Numbered from the stretch's first letter, positions 29,722 to 40,263 are shown. The stretch is 64,000 bases of DNA from Syntrophales bacterium (GCA_963668175.1 OY764159.1:1696001-1760000); one strand, 5' to 3'. The notes: generated by a model not told the origin, from the letters alone. A program made the numbers and translations.

Positions 29722-31302
29722 TTAACGGCTGGATCTGGTCCCGGCAAGTTTCGCCACGACCTTGTCCTGCAGGACGACGATTTCCCTGATTTTCATGAGA
29801 CGGCCCGCCGCGAGGAAAATGACGACGAACAGGGCACCGTTGATGGCTGCGCTTGCGAGGCTGCCGGTAAACGTCCCGATATTGAGGACCGGCAGGAGAT
29901 AGTGCCTGCATGCTTCCAAAAAGAGGCCGATGGCGATGCTGAGCAGGGTCATCCTGCCGATGAAGAGGTAAACGTCCGTGCTGCCCGGGTTTTCCGTCCT
30001 CCGGTTCCAGAGGGCATACAGGATCGCGATCTGCAGGGCGACTGAGGCGGTTACGGCGAAGGCGATGCCGGAAAGCCCGAAGGCCTGCATGCCGTAATAA
30101 TAAACCGGTATGCTCAGGACGACGGCAGCGGTGCTGAAGATCGCCGGGAAGAGCGTGTCCTCCATGGCGAAGAATCCCCGGACGACGACGTTCTGGGCGG
30201 CGAAGAAGAACGCCCCGGCGAGCAGAAAGGCCATGACCTGCGCCGTCCACGCCGTGGCGACGGCGTCGAACCGGCCCCGCTGGAAAAGAATGACGACGAT
30301 CTCGTGCCGGACGACGATGAGAAGCGCCGAAATCGGGATCACCAGGGCGAGGTAGCGGAGCGTGCCGTTCAGAAGGTTGTTCATCTCCGCGAATTTCGCC
30401 TCCTTGGCAAGCCTCGCCAGGTAGGGATAGGACGCCGTGCCCACGCCCTGCCCGAAGAGCGCCACCAGCATCAGCGTGACCCGCAGTCCGTAGTTGAGGC
30501 TGGCGATGCTTCCCGAAGGCAAATAGGAGCCGAATATCCGGAAAAAAATCTCCGTCGAGAAGGTCATCGTGAGGCCCAGCATCAGCGGCAGCGTGAGCTT
30601 GACGTAGTGCGCGAGCTTCGGATTGCGGATGTCGAAGACGAAGCGGTACCGCATGCCCGCCTGCTTCGCGCCCTTGTACTGGAGGAGGAACTGGCCGATG
30701 AAGGCGCCGGCGAGGACGCCCCAGGAGAAGCCCTCGATGCCGAGCCAGGGGTGGAGCAGGAGACCCCCGGCGATGATGCTCAGGTTGTAGATGACGGGGG
30801 CCGCCGCGGGGACGGCGAACCGTTCCTTCGTGTACTGGACGGCCATGAAAAGGGCGCCGGTAAAGAAGAAGAACTGGGCGGGGATGATGATCCTCGTCAT
30901 CCGCACCGCCTTGGCGATGACGGCCGGGTCGTGCGTGCCTGGGACGATGAGGGCGATGAAATCCCCGGCAAAAACGAAAGAGACGGCGATGAAGAAAAGG
31001 ACGACGGCCCCGAAGGTGTTATAGACGAGCGAGAATATCCGCCAGCCCTCGTCTTCCTCCTTGTTGACGAGATACGCGGTGAAGATAGGGATGAACGTCA
31101 CGGACAGGAATCCCGCCGCTCCGATATGGTTGAGGATCTCCGGGATGACGAAGGCGATCTGGTAGGCGTCCACATCGCCCGTCGCGCCGCCGATGTAGGC
31201 CAGGGCCATCTCCCTGAGCAGGCCGGTGATGCGGCTCAGAAAAATGGACGCGGTCGTGATGAGCGTCGCTATGCCGACCTTCCTGAAAAGCGATTTGGAC
31301 AC
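29722..31302 (-). CDS. murJ: Lipid II flippase MurJ (MviN)
   Basis: GTG after AAGGGAG; LSRITGLLRE, DAYQIAFVIPE, FIPIF, LFQRGRFD, RGFFAMEDT; ~14 TM. Confidence 0.9.
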   Translation of the reverse strand: MSKSLFRKVGIATLITTASIFLSRITGLLREMALAYIGGATGDVDAYQIAFVIPEILNHIGAAGFLSVTFIPIFTAYLVNKEEDEGWRIFSLVYNTFGAVVLFFIAVSFVFAGDFIALIVPGTHDPAVIAKAVRMTRIIIPAQFFFFTGALFMAVQYTKERFAVPAAAPVIYNLSIIAGGLLLHPWLGIEGFSWGVLAGAFIGQFLLQYKGAKQAGMRYRFVFDIRNPKLAHYVKLTLPLMLGLTMTFSTEIFFRIFGSYLPSGSIASLNYGLRVTLMLVALFGQGVGTASYPYLARLAKEAKFAEMNNLLNGTLRYLALVIPISALLIVVRHEIVVILFQRGRFDAVATAWTAQVMAFLLAGAFFFAAQNVVVRGFFAMEDTLFPAIFSTAAVVLSIPVYYYGMQAFGLSGIAFAVTASVALQIAILYALWNRRTENPGSTDVYLFIGRMTLLSIAIGLFLEACRHYLLPVLNIGTFTGSLASAAINGALFVVIFLAAGRLMKIREIVVLQDKVVAKLAGTRSSR

Positions 31303-31463
31303 GCAGTCTCCCTTGCGATGTGAAAATGGCATGCTGTGGATGTCTTTTAGTGATTTTTTCAGGATTTGTCAAAGGTTGCCTGTGACGGCCCCGGCGACGG
31401 GCGGGCCTTCATCCGGGTATACGGGCGATGGCCCCGCCCGGCGCGGAAAGCGGAATAACCGGT

Positions 31464-31493
31464 TTGACAAGACGGGAACGACTGGAATACAAT
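31464..31493 (+). promoter_or_regulatory. Sigma70-type promoter candidate
   Basis: TTGACA-N18-TACAAT ~140 nt upstream of the thiolase-like gene. Confidence 0.55.
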
Positions 31494-31632
31494 ATGACCA
31501 TCCATCAATTGAAATCATCCTTCCGCTTAAGTTTTTTTTTGACGATGCTTTGAAGTTTCAGCAAAATAGGGCGGTATTCGCTCTGAACGGCTGTTCGAAA
31601 CAGAACATGGATGCCATGGGGGTGGGACGGAA

Positions 31633-32817
31633 ATGGACTGTCGGCGTTTGCGGAACAAGTATGCGATTGTCGGCGTGGGATACACGCCGCAGGGCAAGGT
31701 GCCCGGAAGGACGGCGCTCAGCTTCCATGTGGAGGCCTGCGCGAACGCCATCCGGGATGCGGGCCTGAGTAAGGAAGACATCGACGGGCTTTTTCTGTAC
31801 CGTCATTTCCGGCCCATGGGGAACGATTATGACGTTACGGCCTTCCTGGTTGCGGAACAGCTCGGCATCCGCCCGTTTGCGCTCAACCAGGAGCATGTCT
31901 GTCATCGCAGCTGGCTGACGCACGCCATAGGGCTCCTTGAGGCGGGATTCTGCCGCTACGTGCTGGTGTCGTACGGGGACAATGCGCGGTCCGTGAAACG
32001 GCCGTTCATGGAAGAGCTGGACGCCGCCGGAAATCCCGCGAGCGAACTGGCCGCCTTCGGCGACTTCAGCCAACTGGCGAAATACGCCATGGTCGCGCGA
32101 AGGGCCATGCACGAGGACGGCACCGGGCCGCACGTCTGGAAGGAGATCGCCATCGGCCAGCGCAAATGGGCCAATCTGAACCCGATCGCCGGCATGCACG
32201 ATAAGCCCCTGACGGACGACGGCTACTGGAACGACCCGTTCGTGGCGGAGCCTTTCCGCATGCTGGATGCCGTTCCCGTCTCCGACTGCGGCCGGGCGGT
32301 CGTGATCACCTCCGCGGAGCGGGCCAGGGACCTGAAAAATCCCCCGGTGCTCATCAGGGGCGTCGGCGAGTCGAATGCGTCCCTGTCGCCCTTCCGCCTC
32401 AAGAACACGGACGACAGGAGCGCCGCGGCGATTGCCGGCGCGCAGGCCTTCTCTATGGCCGATTGCGGGCCGGGCGACGTGGACGCGTGCGAACTGTACG
32501 ACTGCTTCACGTTCACTGTGGAGCATACCCTGCGGGACTGCGGCTTTTTCAGGCACGGCGAAAGTGCGGACTGGCTCCGGCGGGAACGCATCGGGCCGGG
32601 AGGAAGCCTTCCGGTCAATACCTCAGGCGGCATGCTGTCGGAGGCCTACTGCATGGGCCTGACGCCGGTAAGCGAGGGCGCCATGCAGCTCATGGGGCGC
32701 TGCGGCGGGCGCCAGCTCGGCGTGCTTCCGGGAACGAAAAAGCCCAGCCTTATTCTTTGCACCGACAACGGCGGCGTGCTGCAGAGCAACTGCACCATGA
32801 TCCTGGAAAGGAGTTGA
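31633..32817 (+). CDS. Thiolase-superfamily (SCP-x/Ltp2-like) protein
   Basis: AIVGVGYT, AIRDAGLSKEDIDG, AVVITSAERARDL, ELYDCFT, VNTSGGMLSEAY. Confidence 0.88.
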   Translation: MDCRRLRNKYAIVGVGYTPQGKVPGRTALSFHVEACANAIRDAGLSKEDIDGLFLYRHFRPMGNDYDVTAFLVAEQLGIRPFALNQEHVCHRSWLTHAIGLLEAGFCRYVLVSYGDNARSVKRPFMEELDAAGNPASELAAFGDFSQLAKYAMVARRAMHEDGTGPHVWKEIAIGQRKWANLNPIAGMHDKPLTDDGYWNDPFVAEPFRMLDAVPVSDCGRAVVITSAERARDLKNPPVLIRGVGESNASLSPFRLKNTDDRSAAAIAGAQAFSMADCGPGDVDACELYDCFTFTVEHTLRDCGFFRHGESADWLRRERIGPGGSLPVNTSGGMLSEAYCMGLTPVSEGAMQLMGRCGGRQLGVLPGTKKPSLILCTDNGGVLQSNCTMILERS

Positions 32818-32821
32818 CGCG

Positions 32822-33253
32822 ATGGACCCCGGGACCTGCTTCCCCCTTATGCCGAAAATCAGCGACGACACGGCCCCCTTCTGGCGGGGATGCAGGGAGC
32901 GCCGCCTCCTGTTTCAGCGCTGTTCCGAATGCGGCCACATGCGTTATCCCGTGTCCGTCATTTGTCCCGAGTGCCACTCGGCCGCCTTTGAGTGGGTCGA
33001 AGCGAAAGGGGAGGGGCGCATCTATTCGTTCGTCGTCTTCCGTCGCGCCTTCCACCCGGCCATGGCCGGCCGGATTCCCTATGTCGTGGCCGTCGTCGAT
33101 CTCGACGAAGGGCCCTCGTTCCTGACGAACATTGTCGGAACCGATCCCGCGCTCATCCGCTGCGACCAGCGGGTCCGGCTGACATGGGAAAACATGGAAG
33201 ACGGGCTTGCCCTGCCGGTTTTCACAATCGCGGAAACCGGTGAAGCTGCGTGA
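32822..33253 (+). CDS. DUF35 Zn-ribbon/OB-fold protein
   Basis: PFW, QRCSECG, CPEC, G.GRIYSF, PYVVAVVDLDEGP; adjacent to thiolase-like gene. Confidence 0.9.
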   Translation: MDPGTCFPLMPKISDDTAPFWRGCRERRLLFQRCSECGHMRYPVSVICPECHSAAFEWVEAKGEGRIYSFVVFRRAFHPAMAGRIPYVVAVVDLDEGPSFLTNIVGTDPALIRCDQRVRLTWENMEDGLALPVFTIAETGEAA

Positions 33254-33307
33254 CGGCGCCGGGAAAACGGAGGCGGATTGATCGGGCTTTCGGCCCGCAT
33301 GCGGCTG

Positions 33308-34006
33308 TCAGCCGTTGGCATCCCTGAGGAAGGAAAGCACCTGCGCCATCAAGCCGTTGATCGCTTGATATCTTTCCGGGCTCGCGCCCAGGATATCCGC
33401 TTCTGTCTGGATAGAGTCCGCCTGAACAAGTTCGCTGCGGCAATTCCTTACAAGTTCCCGGGCCGAATCCGGCGTGGTTTCCAGGTGAAACTGCAAGCCG
33501 ATGACGGACCTGCCGTACTGGAACGCCTGGTTCCGGCAAACTTCGCTTTGTGCGAGATGGACGGCGCCTTGAGGCAGGTCGAAGGTCTCGCCGTGCCAGT
33601 GGAACACCTCGGCCGACACAGGGAAGCTGAAAATCGCTTTGCCCGTGGCCGGGATGCCCCGGATGGGAAACCAGCCGATTTCCTTCACCGCGTTTCTATA
33701 AACCCTTGTACCCAAACAATTTGCGATGAGCTGCGCGCCCAGGCAGACACCCAGGACGGGTTTCCCCGATTCGATGACGTTGCGGACGAACTGCTTCTCC
33801 CGGGCGAGCCAGGGGTATTCGTCCTCGTCGTTGACGCTCATGGGGCCGCCCATGATGACGAGGAAATCGATTTCGTCAGGGGAGGGCGGCTCCTCCGCTG
33901 CGAACAGCCGCGTCCGGGAAATCCGGTATCCGGCGGCTTCGAGCCAGGGCCCGATACTGCCGAGGCCTTCGAACGGGACGTGCTGCAGGCAGTGCGCTTT
34001 CATCAT
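33308..34006 (-). CDS. Type 1 glutamine amidotransferase-like protein
   Basis: LQHVPFEGLGSI, MGGPMSVND, LGVCLGAQL, HWHGETF, LQFHLE (Cys-His-Glu triad); start 34006 or 34003. Confidence 0.9.
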   Translation of the reverse strand: MMKAHCLQHVPFEGLGSIGPWLEAAGYRISRTRLFAAEEPPSPDEIDFLVIMGGPMSVNDEDEYPWLAREKQFVRNVIESGKPVLGVCLGAQLIANCLGTRVYRNAVKEIGWFPIRGIPATGKAIFSFPVSAEVFHWHGETFDLPQGAVHLAQSEVCRNQAFQYGRSVIGLQFHLETTPDSARELVRNCRSELVQADSIQTEADILGASPERYQAINGLMAQVLSFLRDANG

Positions 34007-34029
34007 GTGTATCATCCCTGGAACATGCG

Positions 34030-35142
34030 CTATCGGGCCCGCTGCAGCTGTTCCCAGTGCAGGTTGGAGCCGATGTTCGGGTTGTCGCTCGCTCTTTCGG
34101 TGAAATAGTATTCGCCCAGGCCGTTCGACCAGGCATGGCCGCCGGTCGGCAGTTCCACCTCTCTCCCGGCACGCTCGTCGTAATACCGGTCCACGCCGCG
34201 GATCGTGTCGCTCTGCATCCGGCCGATCCGGTCGTAGGTCTTCTGCTTGGCCTCCCAACTGCGCTGCTGGTCCTCTCGCAACTTGCTCCCGGCCTTGGAT
34301 ATCATGTCCCCGATGCGCCCGATCCTGACCGTCTTTTCAATCTCCTGCTTGGACAACATCTCCTTGACGTTCGCGACCTTGGCGAACCAGGCCGGATTGA
34401 GCTTCACGGAATAGATTATCGTCTGGAAGCGCCCGGCGTTGGCGTCGAGCTTCCCCTTTTCCGCCCGGAAGGAAAAGACGTGGTCGATGTACCAGAAATT
34501 GATGAAGTCGGTCCGGGAGGTGTTGACGACGAACTGGCTGACCGCCGCGTAAATCTCCTCCTCCATAGCTCTGCCGTTCTGCCGGTATTCGATCCTCACC
34601 TTGCCCGCCTTGGCCAAGGCCTGGACGCCGCGCGCGGGCTCGCCTCTGGCGAGGGTTTCCAACTGCGGGACGTCCTTTTCGGATATCGTCCTTACGTCCT
34701 GGATGTTCTTCCGCGCGGAGGGGATCACGACGCTGTTGAAGGCCGTTCGCAGGCCGACCGGCTGGGCGACGACGGAGCCGTACATCAGGGAGCCGGGCGG
34801 CTTCAGGGAAAGGGTCTGCCGGTTGCTCGTCCAGAAATAGGTGTGCGTCGGAAAGAAGTTGAGTTCCTCCGAGCCGTTCGGGTTATAGAAGCGGAAACGG
34901 ACCTGGATGGGGAGGGCGGGCGTCATCGACCACCGGACGGAACCCTCGACCCGCCAGTCCCTCGGGATCAGCAGGCGGAAGACCTCCAGCCCACACGCGG
35001 GATCGGTGTATTTGTACGTCACGAACGACTGTGCGCCGCCGCTGGGCGTCGCTGCGGATGCGGCCTGCGGCGCGCCGGCAGAGAGCAGACAGACCGCCGT
35101 GAGAATGACGAAGACGTGAAAAGACGAAATGGTTCTGCGCAT
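34030..35142 (-). CDS. Secreted hypothetical protein
   Basis: ATG after GGGAGG; signal peptide; C-terminal coiled segment and SDTIRGVDRY..EVELP..AWSN..GEY..NPN..W. Confidence 0.8.
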   Translation of the reverse strand: MRRTISSFHVFVILTAVCLLSAGAPQAASAATPSGGAQSFVTYKYTDPACGLEVFRLLIPRDWRVEGSVRWSMTPALPIQVRFRFYNPNGSEELNFFPTHTYFWTSNRQTLSLKPPGSLMYGSVVAQPVGLRTAFNSVVIPSARKNIQDVRTISEKDVPQLETLARGEPARGVQALAKAGKVRIEYRQNGRAMEEEIYAAVSQFVVNTSRTDFINFWYIDHVFSFRAEKGKLDANAGRFQTIIYSVKLNPAWFAKVANVKEMLSKQEIEKTVRIGRIGDMISKAGSKLREDQQRSWEAKQKTYDRIGRMQSDTIRGVDRYYDERAGREVELPTGGHAWSNGLGEYYFTERASDNPNIGSNLHWEQLQRAR

Positions 35143-35312
35143 GAGCGACCTCCCGGAATATGCCTTCACGCCGCCGGTATGCATGGCGCACGCGTAACTG
35201 CGGCGGAATTTGTACCACAAGTTCCGCCGGAGGTCACCTCTGTTTTGAGGATTTCCGGTTTTGCCGCCGTGAGAAGCGGAGGAGAAAGCGGCGGGCAGCG
35301 GTTTCGGTCGGT

Positions 35313-35651
35313 CTACTTATTCTTCTTCGAATCGGGCGGCAGGAACATGGAAAACGGCTTCAGGAGCGCCTTCAACTGATCGGCGATGAGGTTCTGCATC
35401 CCGCCTACCATGTTGGAATAGACGTTGCCCGGCAGGGTCCCCTCGAACTCCTCCGACTCAAATTTGCCGTTCTCGAAGCTCTTCTTTTTCGCCCTCACGC
35501 GGGTGTTGACGCCGTCGGAGGAAATTTCCTTATACGAATACCGGAAGCTGACGAAGGGAAACGGATTCGGCGTATCGTCGACGATCTCAACGTCACGGCC
35601 GTTCCTTCCGGCAACCTCGCCCTTGTCTTTTTTCACAATATCTTTGCTCAT
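35313..35651 (-). CDS. Hypothetical protein (112 aa)
   Basis: ATG after GGAGCAGGGA; protein-like composition. Confidence 0.65.
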   Translation of the reverse strand: MSKDIVKKDKGEVAGRNGRDVEIVDDTPNPFPFVSFRYSYKEISSDGVNTRVRAKKKSFENGKFESEEFEGTLPGNVYSNMVGGMQNLIADQLKALLKPFSMFLPPDSKKNK

Positions 35652-35973
35652 AATTCCCTGCTCCACAGATAGGAAAATCGTGCGGACAATCTAGAACGGA
35701 AGAGAGACTTTTGCAACGGTTTTTGAAGGAGGGCAGGCGGGATCGTTGGGATGTCGTTGCTGAGGAATAGTTCGGAAAAAATATAACGAACATAAGAAGC
35801 GAAAATTCGCATGCCATTCCATTCCCAATGCGATACAGAAATCAGTATCCCCTTTTCTGGCAAGGAAATGATATCCTTGGATTCATGCGATTGCTCCACA
35901 GAAAATCAACCGGCTTTGACAGGTGATTCTAAAGATGCATGATGGCGACGACATGAGGATGATCTGAGGACAG

Positions 35974-36117
35974 TTATTGTTTTGGTATGTCACTGAAAAA
36001 GAACACATAGATAATCATCGAAATTCCGATCAGTAAGACGATATTTTTTGGATTTCTTAATAAACGGATTATAAATTTGTAGAAATCATAAATCTCTTTT
36101 CCGACTGAATTCGACAT
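35974..36117 (-). CDS. Small single-TM hypothetical protein (47 aa) in AT-rich patch
   Basis: ATG 36117 after GAGAGG; MSNSVGKEIYDFYKFIIRLLRNPKNIVLLIGISMIIYVFFFSDIPKQ. Confidence 0.45.
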   Translation of the reverse strand: MSNSVGKEIYDFYKFIIRLLRNPKNIVLLIGISMIIYVFFFSDIPKQ

Positions 36118-36727
36118 ATTCGCCTCTCTTCGAATTATAGTATAGAATATGTACAATCATTTATTTATTATATGTATTGTAGATTATAATATCAAGAAAA
36201 ATATGATAAAAAAGGAGCGCCTCCATCATCCTCTTTCCTGTAATCCGTTCGCCGGTTCTCGATTACCGGTCGGTTTCAGACCATTTATGATTTTCTTGCC
36301 GAATATTCATCGATCATGTGACCGTTCAAGGCGCGTAGCTAATGCATAACCGGCAGCTGATGCGTTTGATACCCATCCGCTTTTTCCTCCGTGTAATGCC
36401 TCGTTTTTTCACGCAAAACGCGGTCACCGCTCCCCTATTTTTTCATATGAAAGACGTTCCTCCCTTCATCGGTTGCCGGGAAAGCGGAGTTACGCCCCAT
36501 CGGTTGACTTTTCCCCGCATGGTTGCTATATTCCTGAAACGGATACCTTTATCGGCCGGTTGTGTCGCGCCCGCAGGGATGGCGAAAAAATCTTTTGTGC
36601 GTCGAGGCAGTGTGGCGGTATCCTTGAGAGGCGAGATCGTTGCGGAAAGACGGACGATAAACCAGCAGCGGTAAGCCCCGCGTAGTTTCGGCCTTTCCAT
36701 ACGGCAGTTCATTCGGGCCATGAACCT

Positions 36728-36884
36728 TAACTGCTTGTTGAAAAACTCGATTTTGAACAAGCTGTTCAAAAATGTCCAGATGTAAGGCGCGCAAAAGCTG
36801 AGGAAAGAGGCATACATAGAAGTATGTCGATTGACGAGGCTTGCAGCGCAACGCAACAGATGGGCGTTTTTCAACAGCCTGTTA
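36728..36884. mobile_element. MITE-like non-autonomous element with terminal inverted repeats and a duplicated left end
   Basis: Right end reverse complement TAACAGGCTGTTGAAAAACGCCCATCTG matches left ends TAACTGCTTGTTGAAAAACTC (36728) and GAACAAGCTGTTCAAAAATGTCCAGATG (36755); no ORF inside. Confidence 0.7.
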
Positions 36885-37008
36885 AACGTCGGCGGCAGGG
36901 GAATTTCCCCGCACCCCGCCGGGAGAACCATCGGGGGTCGGCCGCCGGGTTGACCCTTTTTTTGTAAGTTTTGACGGCAGCAGAAGAGAAGACGGAGAAG
37001 ATTTCAAC

Positions 37009-37881
37009 ATGAAGTACGAAGGCATGATCATCAGGCCCCCCAGCGAGGCAGACAGCCTGCTTATACAGGTCACCGTGGGGTGCTCCAACAACAAGTGCAC
37101 CTTTTGTCCAACCTACAAGGAGAAAAAATTCCGCATCAAGGACGACGAGGAGATCGCCGAGGACATCCGGGAGGCAAGCCGCTACGGCCGCATCCCGCGG
37201 GTCTTCCTCTGCGACGGCGACGCCCTCATCATCCCCCAGAAGAGGCTCGTCGGCATCCTGGGCGCCATCGGCGCGAAGATCAAGGGCGTCGAGCGCATCG
37301 GCACCTACGCCAACGCCAAGAGCATCCTGAAGAAAACGCCGGAAGAACTGGTCCGCCTGCGGGAGCTGGGACTCGGGATTGTCTACATGGGCGTCGAGAC
37401 GGGGAATGAAGAGTTGCTTACCGCCATCAACAAGAAGACTGATTTCGGCAAGCTCGTCGAGGCGGGACGGCGTGTGAAGGAGGCGGGCATCACGCTTTCG
37501 GTCACGGTCCTGCTCGGCATCGGCGGCATCGAGAAGTCCGTCCAGCATGCCCTCGACACGGCGAAGGTCCTCACGGCAATCGACCCGGACTACGTCGGGG
37601 CGCTCACCGTCATGGTGGTGCCCGGCACGCCGCTCCACGACGAAATGCTCGCCGGGCGCTTCGTCCTGCCCGACACCTTCGGGTTCCTCAAGGAGTTGGA
37701 GCTGATGATCGCCCATTCCGATTTCACGCACTGCTTCTTCACGGCCAACCACGCCTCCAATTATCTGCCGATCAGGGCGTGGATGCCGGAAGAGAAGGAA
37801 GAGACGCTGCGCCGCATACGCGAAGTCATTGCCAACCGCGACAAATCGAGGCTCAGGCCGGAATTCATGCGGGGGCTGTAA
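37009..37881 (+). CDS. Radical SAM protein
   Basis: RPPSEADSL..QVTVGCSNNKCTFC (CX4CX2C variant), FLCDGDAL, YMGVETG, ANHASNY. Confidence 0.9.
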   Translation: MKYEGMIIRPPSEADSLLIQVTVGCSNNKCTFCPTYKEKKFRIKDDEEIAEDIREASRYGRIPRVFLCDGDALIIPQKRLVGILGAIGAKIKGVERIGTYANAKSILKKTPEELVRLRELGLGIVYMGVETGNEELLTAINKKTDFGKLVEAGRRVKEAGITLSVTVLLGIGGIEKSVQHALDTAKVLTAIDPDYVGALTVMVVPGTPLHDEMLAGRFVLPDTFGFLKELELMIAHSDFTHCFFTANHASNYLPIRAWMPEEKEETLRRIREVIANRDKSRLRPEFMRGL

Positions 37882-37891
37882 CGGGGGGATC

Positions 37892-38722
37892 GTGAAAAGC
37901 AAGGTAACCTCATTCTTCAAGTCCATTCTGCCCGTCAAGGACCAGACCCAGCTCGAAAAGGAAATCCAGTCGATCATCGACGACGGCGAGGAGAAGGGCC
38001 TCCTCGACGCCCAGTCGGGCGAGATGATCCAGTCGATCCTCGACTTCCGGGACACGGTCGTCCGGGAGGTCATGGTCCCGCGGACGGAGATCGTCGCCGC
38101 CCGGATCGACTCCGCCATCGAGGAGATCCTCGACCTCATCATCCGTTCCGGCCATACGCGCATCCCCGTCTATACCGAAAGCGTGGACAACATCATCGGC
38201 ATCCTGAACGTCAAGGACCTCGTCAAGTACTGGTCCAAACCGGTGACCGAAAGCGACATCACGGCGATCCTCCGCAAGCCCTACTACATCCCCGAAACGA
38301 AGAACACCCACCTGCTGCTCCATGAGCTCAAGGTCCAGAAGCACCACATGGCCATCGTCATCGACGAGTACGGCGGGACATCGGGGCTTGTCACATTGGA
38401 AGACCTGATCGAGGAGATCGTCGGCGACATCCGCGACGAACACGAAGAGCAGCGCGACGACCTGGTCGACCTGCCCGACGGCTACACGCTGGCGGACGGA
38501 CGCATCGAGATCGAAGAGCTGGAAAGGCGTTTCGACGTCGCCTTCGAGGAAGGGAAGTACGAAACCCTCGGGGGGCTGATCCTCCACGAGACCATGAAGA
38601 TACCGGTTACGGGCGAGCGGTTCGAGATCGGCGGCTTCGAGATGGCAATCGAGGAGGCCGACGAACGGAGCATCAAGAAAGTCAAGCTGCGAAAATTGGG
38701 ACGGGAAGCAGGGAAGGAATGA
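37892..38722 (+). CDS. corC: CBS-pair/CorC_HlyC protein (CorC/YbeX-like)
   Basis: [55 protein letters not shown]; upstream of lnt. Confidence 0.85.
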   Translation: MKSKVTSFFKSILPVKDQTQLEKEIQSIIDDGEEKGLLDAQSGEMIQSILDFRDTVVREVMVPRTEIVAARIDSAIEEILDLIIRSGHTRIPVYTESVDNIIGILNVKDLVKYWSKPVTESDITAILRKPYYIPETKNTHLLLHELKVQKHHMAIVIDEYGGTSGLVTLEDLIEEIVGDIRDEHEEQRDDLVDLPDGYTLADGRIEIEELERRFDVAFEEGKYETLGGLILHETMKIPVTGERFEIGGFEMAIEEADERSIKKVKLRKLGREAGKE

Positions 38723-40263
38723 GCATGCCCCGGAGGCATCTGGACCTAAAATGGCTCTATGCCCTGGCATCGGGAATCCTCCTGGCCCTCTCCTTTCCCA
38801 AGTACGGCGCGGGTTTCGTCGCCTGGATCGCCCTGGTGCCGCTCCTGCGGGCCGTCACGGACGGGGAAGTTGAAGCGAAAAAAGGCTTTCTCCTGGGGCT
38901 CGTTTCCGGGTTCGCCGCCTATGTCGGCATCATCTACTGGATCACCTACGTCGTCGTCCATTACGGGTATCTCCCCTACTGGATGGGCGTGGGGGCCACC
39001 GTTCTCTTGTCGCTCTATCTCGCCGTCTATGTCGGTCTTTTTGCCGCGGGCGTCGCCGTATTGAAAAAGAGGGGCATCCCGTCGGTCCTGGCCGCGCCGG
39101 TCCTGTGGACGAGCCTCGAATACGCCAAATCGGTCCTCTTTACGGGCTTCCCCTGGGAAAACCTCGGTTATTCACAGTATTTGAACATCAACCTGATCCA
39201 GATCGCCGACATCGCGGGTGTGCCGGGCATCACCTTCCTGATCGTCCTTACGAACGCCGTTCTCGCCGATCTGCCCGAAATGAAGACAGACAAAAAAAGG
39301 GTGACGGCCGAGTTCATCATCGCCGTCGTCCTGATCGCCGCCGCCAACGTCTACGGCTACTTTCGCCTCAACCAGATCGAAAAGGCGATGGAAAAGGCGG
39401 AATCCATGGACGTTTCGCTCATCCAAGGCAACATCGAGCAGGACGTCAAGTGGAACCCCGCCTACCAGAAGGGGACCATCGACATTTACAGAAAATTCTC
39501 CCTGACGGACCCGCCGAATGGCGGGCTTATCGTCTGGCCGGAGACGGCGGCGCCGTTCTTCTACCAGGACCCGGGCGAAATGCGCGACGCGGTGACGGAC
39601 GTCGCAAAGGCGACGGGCAGCATGCTCCTCTTCGGGAGCCCCGCCTATAAGCGACGGGACGGCGAAATATACCTGTCGAACAGCGCCTATCTCCTGTCTG
39701 CCGCGGGGGAAACGATAGGCCGGTACAACAAGGTCCACCTGGTCCCTTTCGGGGAGTACGTCCCCCTCCGGAATCTGCTGCCCTTCATGAGCAAGCTCGT
39801 GGCCGGCATCGGCGATTTCGAGTCCGGGCCGGGGTTCGTGCCCGTCGCCGCGGGCAGGCACAAATTGGGCATCCTCGTCTGCTATGAGGGCATACTGGCC
39901 GAGGCCGGCCGAGACTACAAGCGCGGCGGCGCCGATCTTCTCGTCAACGTAACGAACGACGCCTGGTTCGGCAAGACGTCGGCCCCTTACCAGCACCTGT
40001 CCATGGCTGCGCTCCGCGCCGTGGAGACGCGGCTCTACCTCGTCCGGGCGGCCAACACGGGCATCAGCGCCGTGATCGACCCCGCCGGGCGCATCGTCGG
40101 CCGGACGCCCATTTTCGAGCGGTGCCAGCTGCCGGGAAAAATTAAATTCATTGACGAGGCGACCCTTTATGGGGCATATGGGGACGTTTTCGTCTATCTG
40201 AACATGATCATGATGACGGCCATGATCGGATATGCCGTCAAAAAAGGAGGCAAACATGCTTGA
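38719..40263 (+). CDS. lnt: Apolipoprotein N-acyltransferase
   Basis: TGFPW..LGYSQ, QGNIEQ, VWPETA, YNKVHLVPFGEY, LVCYE, TNDAWFG, RAANTGIS. Confidence 0.95.
   Translation: MSMPRRHLDLKWLYALASGILLALSFPKYGAGFVAWIALVPLLRAVTDGEVEAKKGFLLGLVSGFAAYVGIIYWITYVVVHYGYLPYWMGVGATVLLSLYLAVYVGLFAAGVAVLKKRGIPSVLAAPVLWTSLEYAKSVLFTGFPWENLGYSQYLNINLIQIADIAGVPGITFLIVLTNAVLADLPEMKTDKKRVTAEFIIAVVLIAAANVYGYFRLNQIEKAMEKAESMDVSLIQGNIEQDVKWNPAYQKGTIDIYRKFSLTDPPNGGLIVWPETAAPFFYQDPGEMRDAVTDVAKATGSMLLFGSPAYKRRDGEIYLSNSAYLLSAAGETIGRYNKVHLVPFGEYVPLRNLLPFMSKLVAGIGDFESGPGFVPVAAGRHKLGILVCYEGILAEAGRDYKRGGADLLVNVTNDAWFGKTSAPYQHLSMAALRAVETRLYLVRAANTGISAVIDPAGRIVGRTPIFERCQLPGKIKFIDEATLYGAYGDVFVYLNMIMMTAMIGYAVKKGGKHA

Noticed and set aside
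35201..35217. GG-N10-GC spacing upstream of the 35142 gene
   Set aside because: Lacks the TTGC and GGCAC context; chance match likely
36683..36712. Minus-strand GAAAGGCCGAAAC resembling a hammerhead ribozyme core
   Set aside because: No CUGANGA box or matching stem II
36342..36931. ORFs 36342-36674, 36443-36931, 36549-36851
   Set aside because: No RBS or motifs, mutually overlapping, partly read through the MITE-like element
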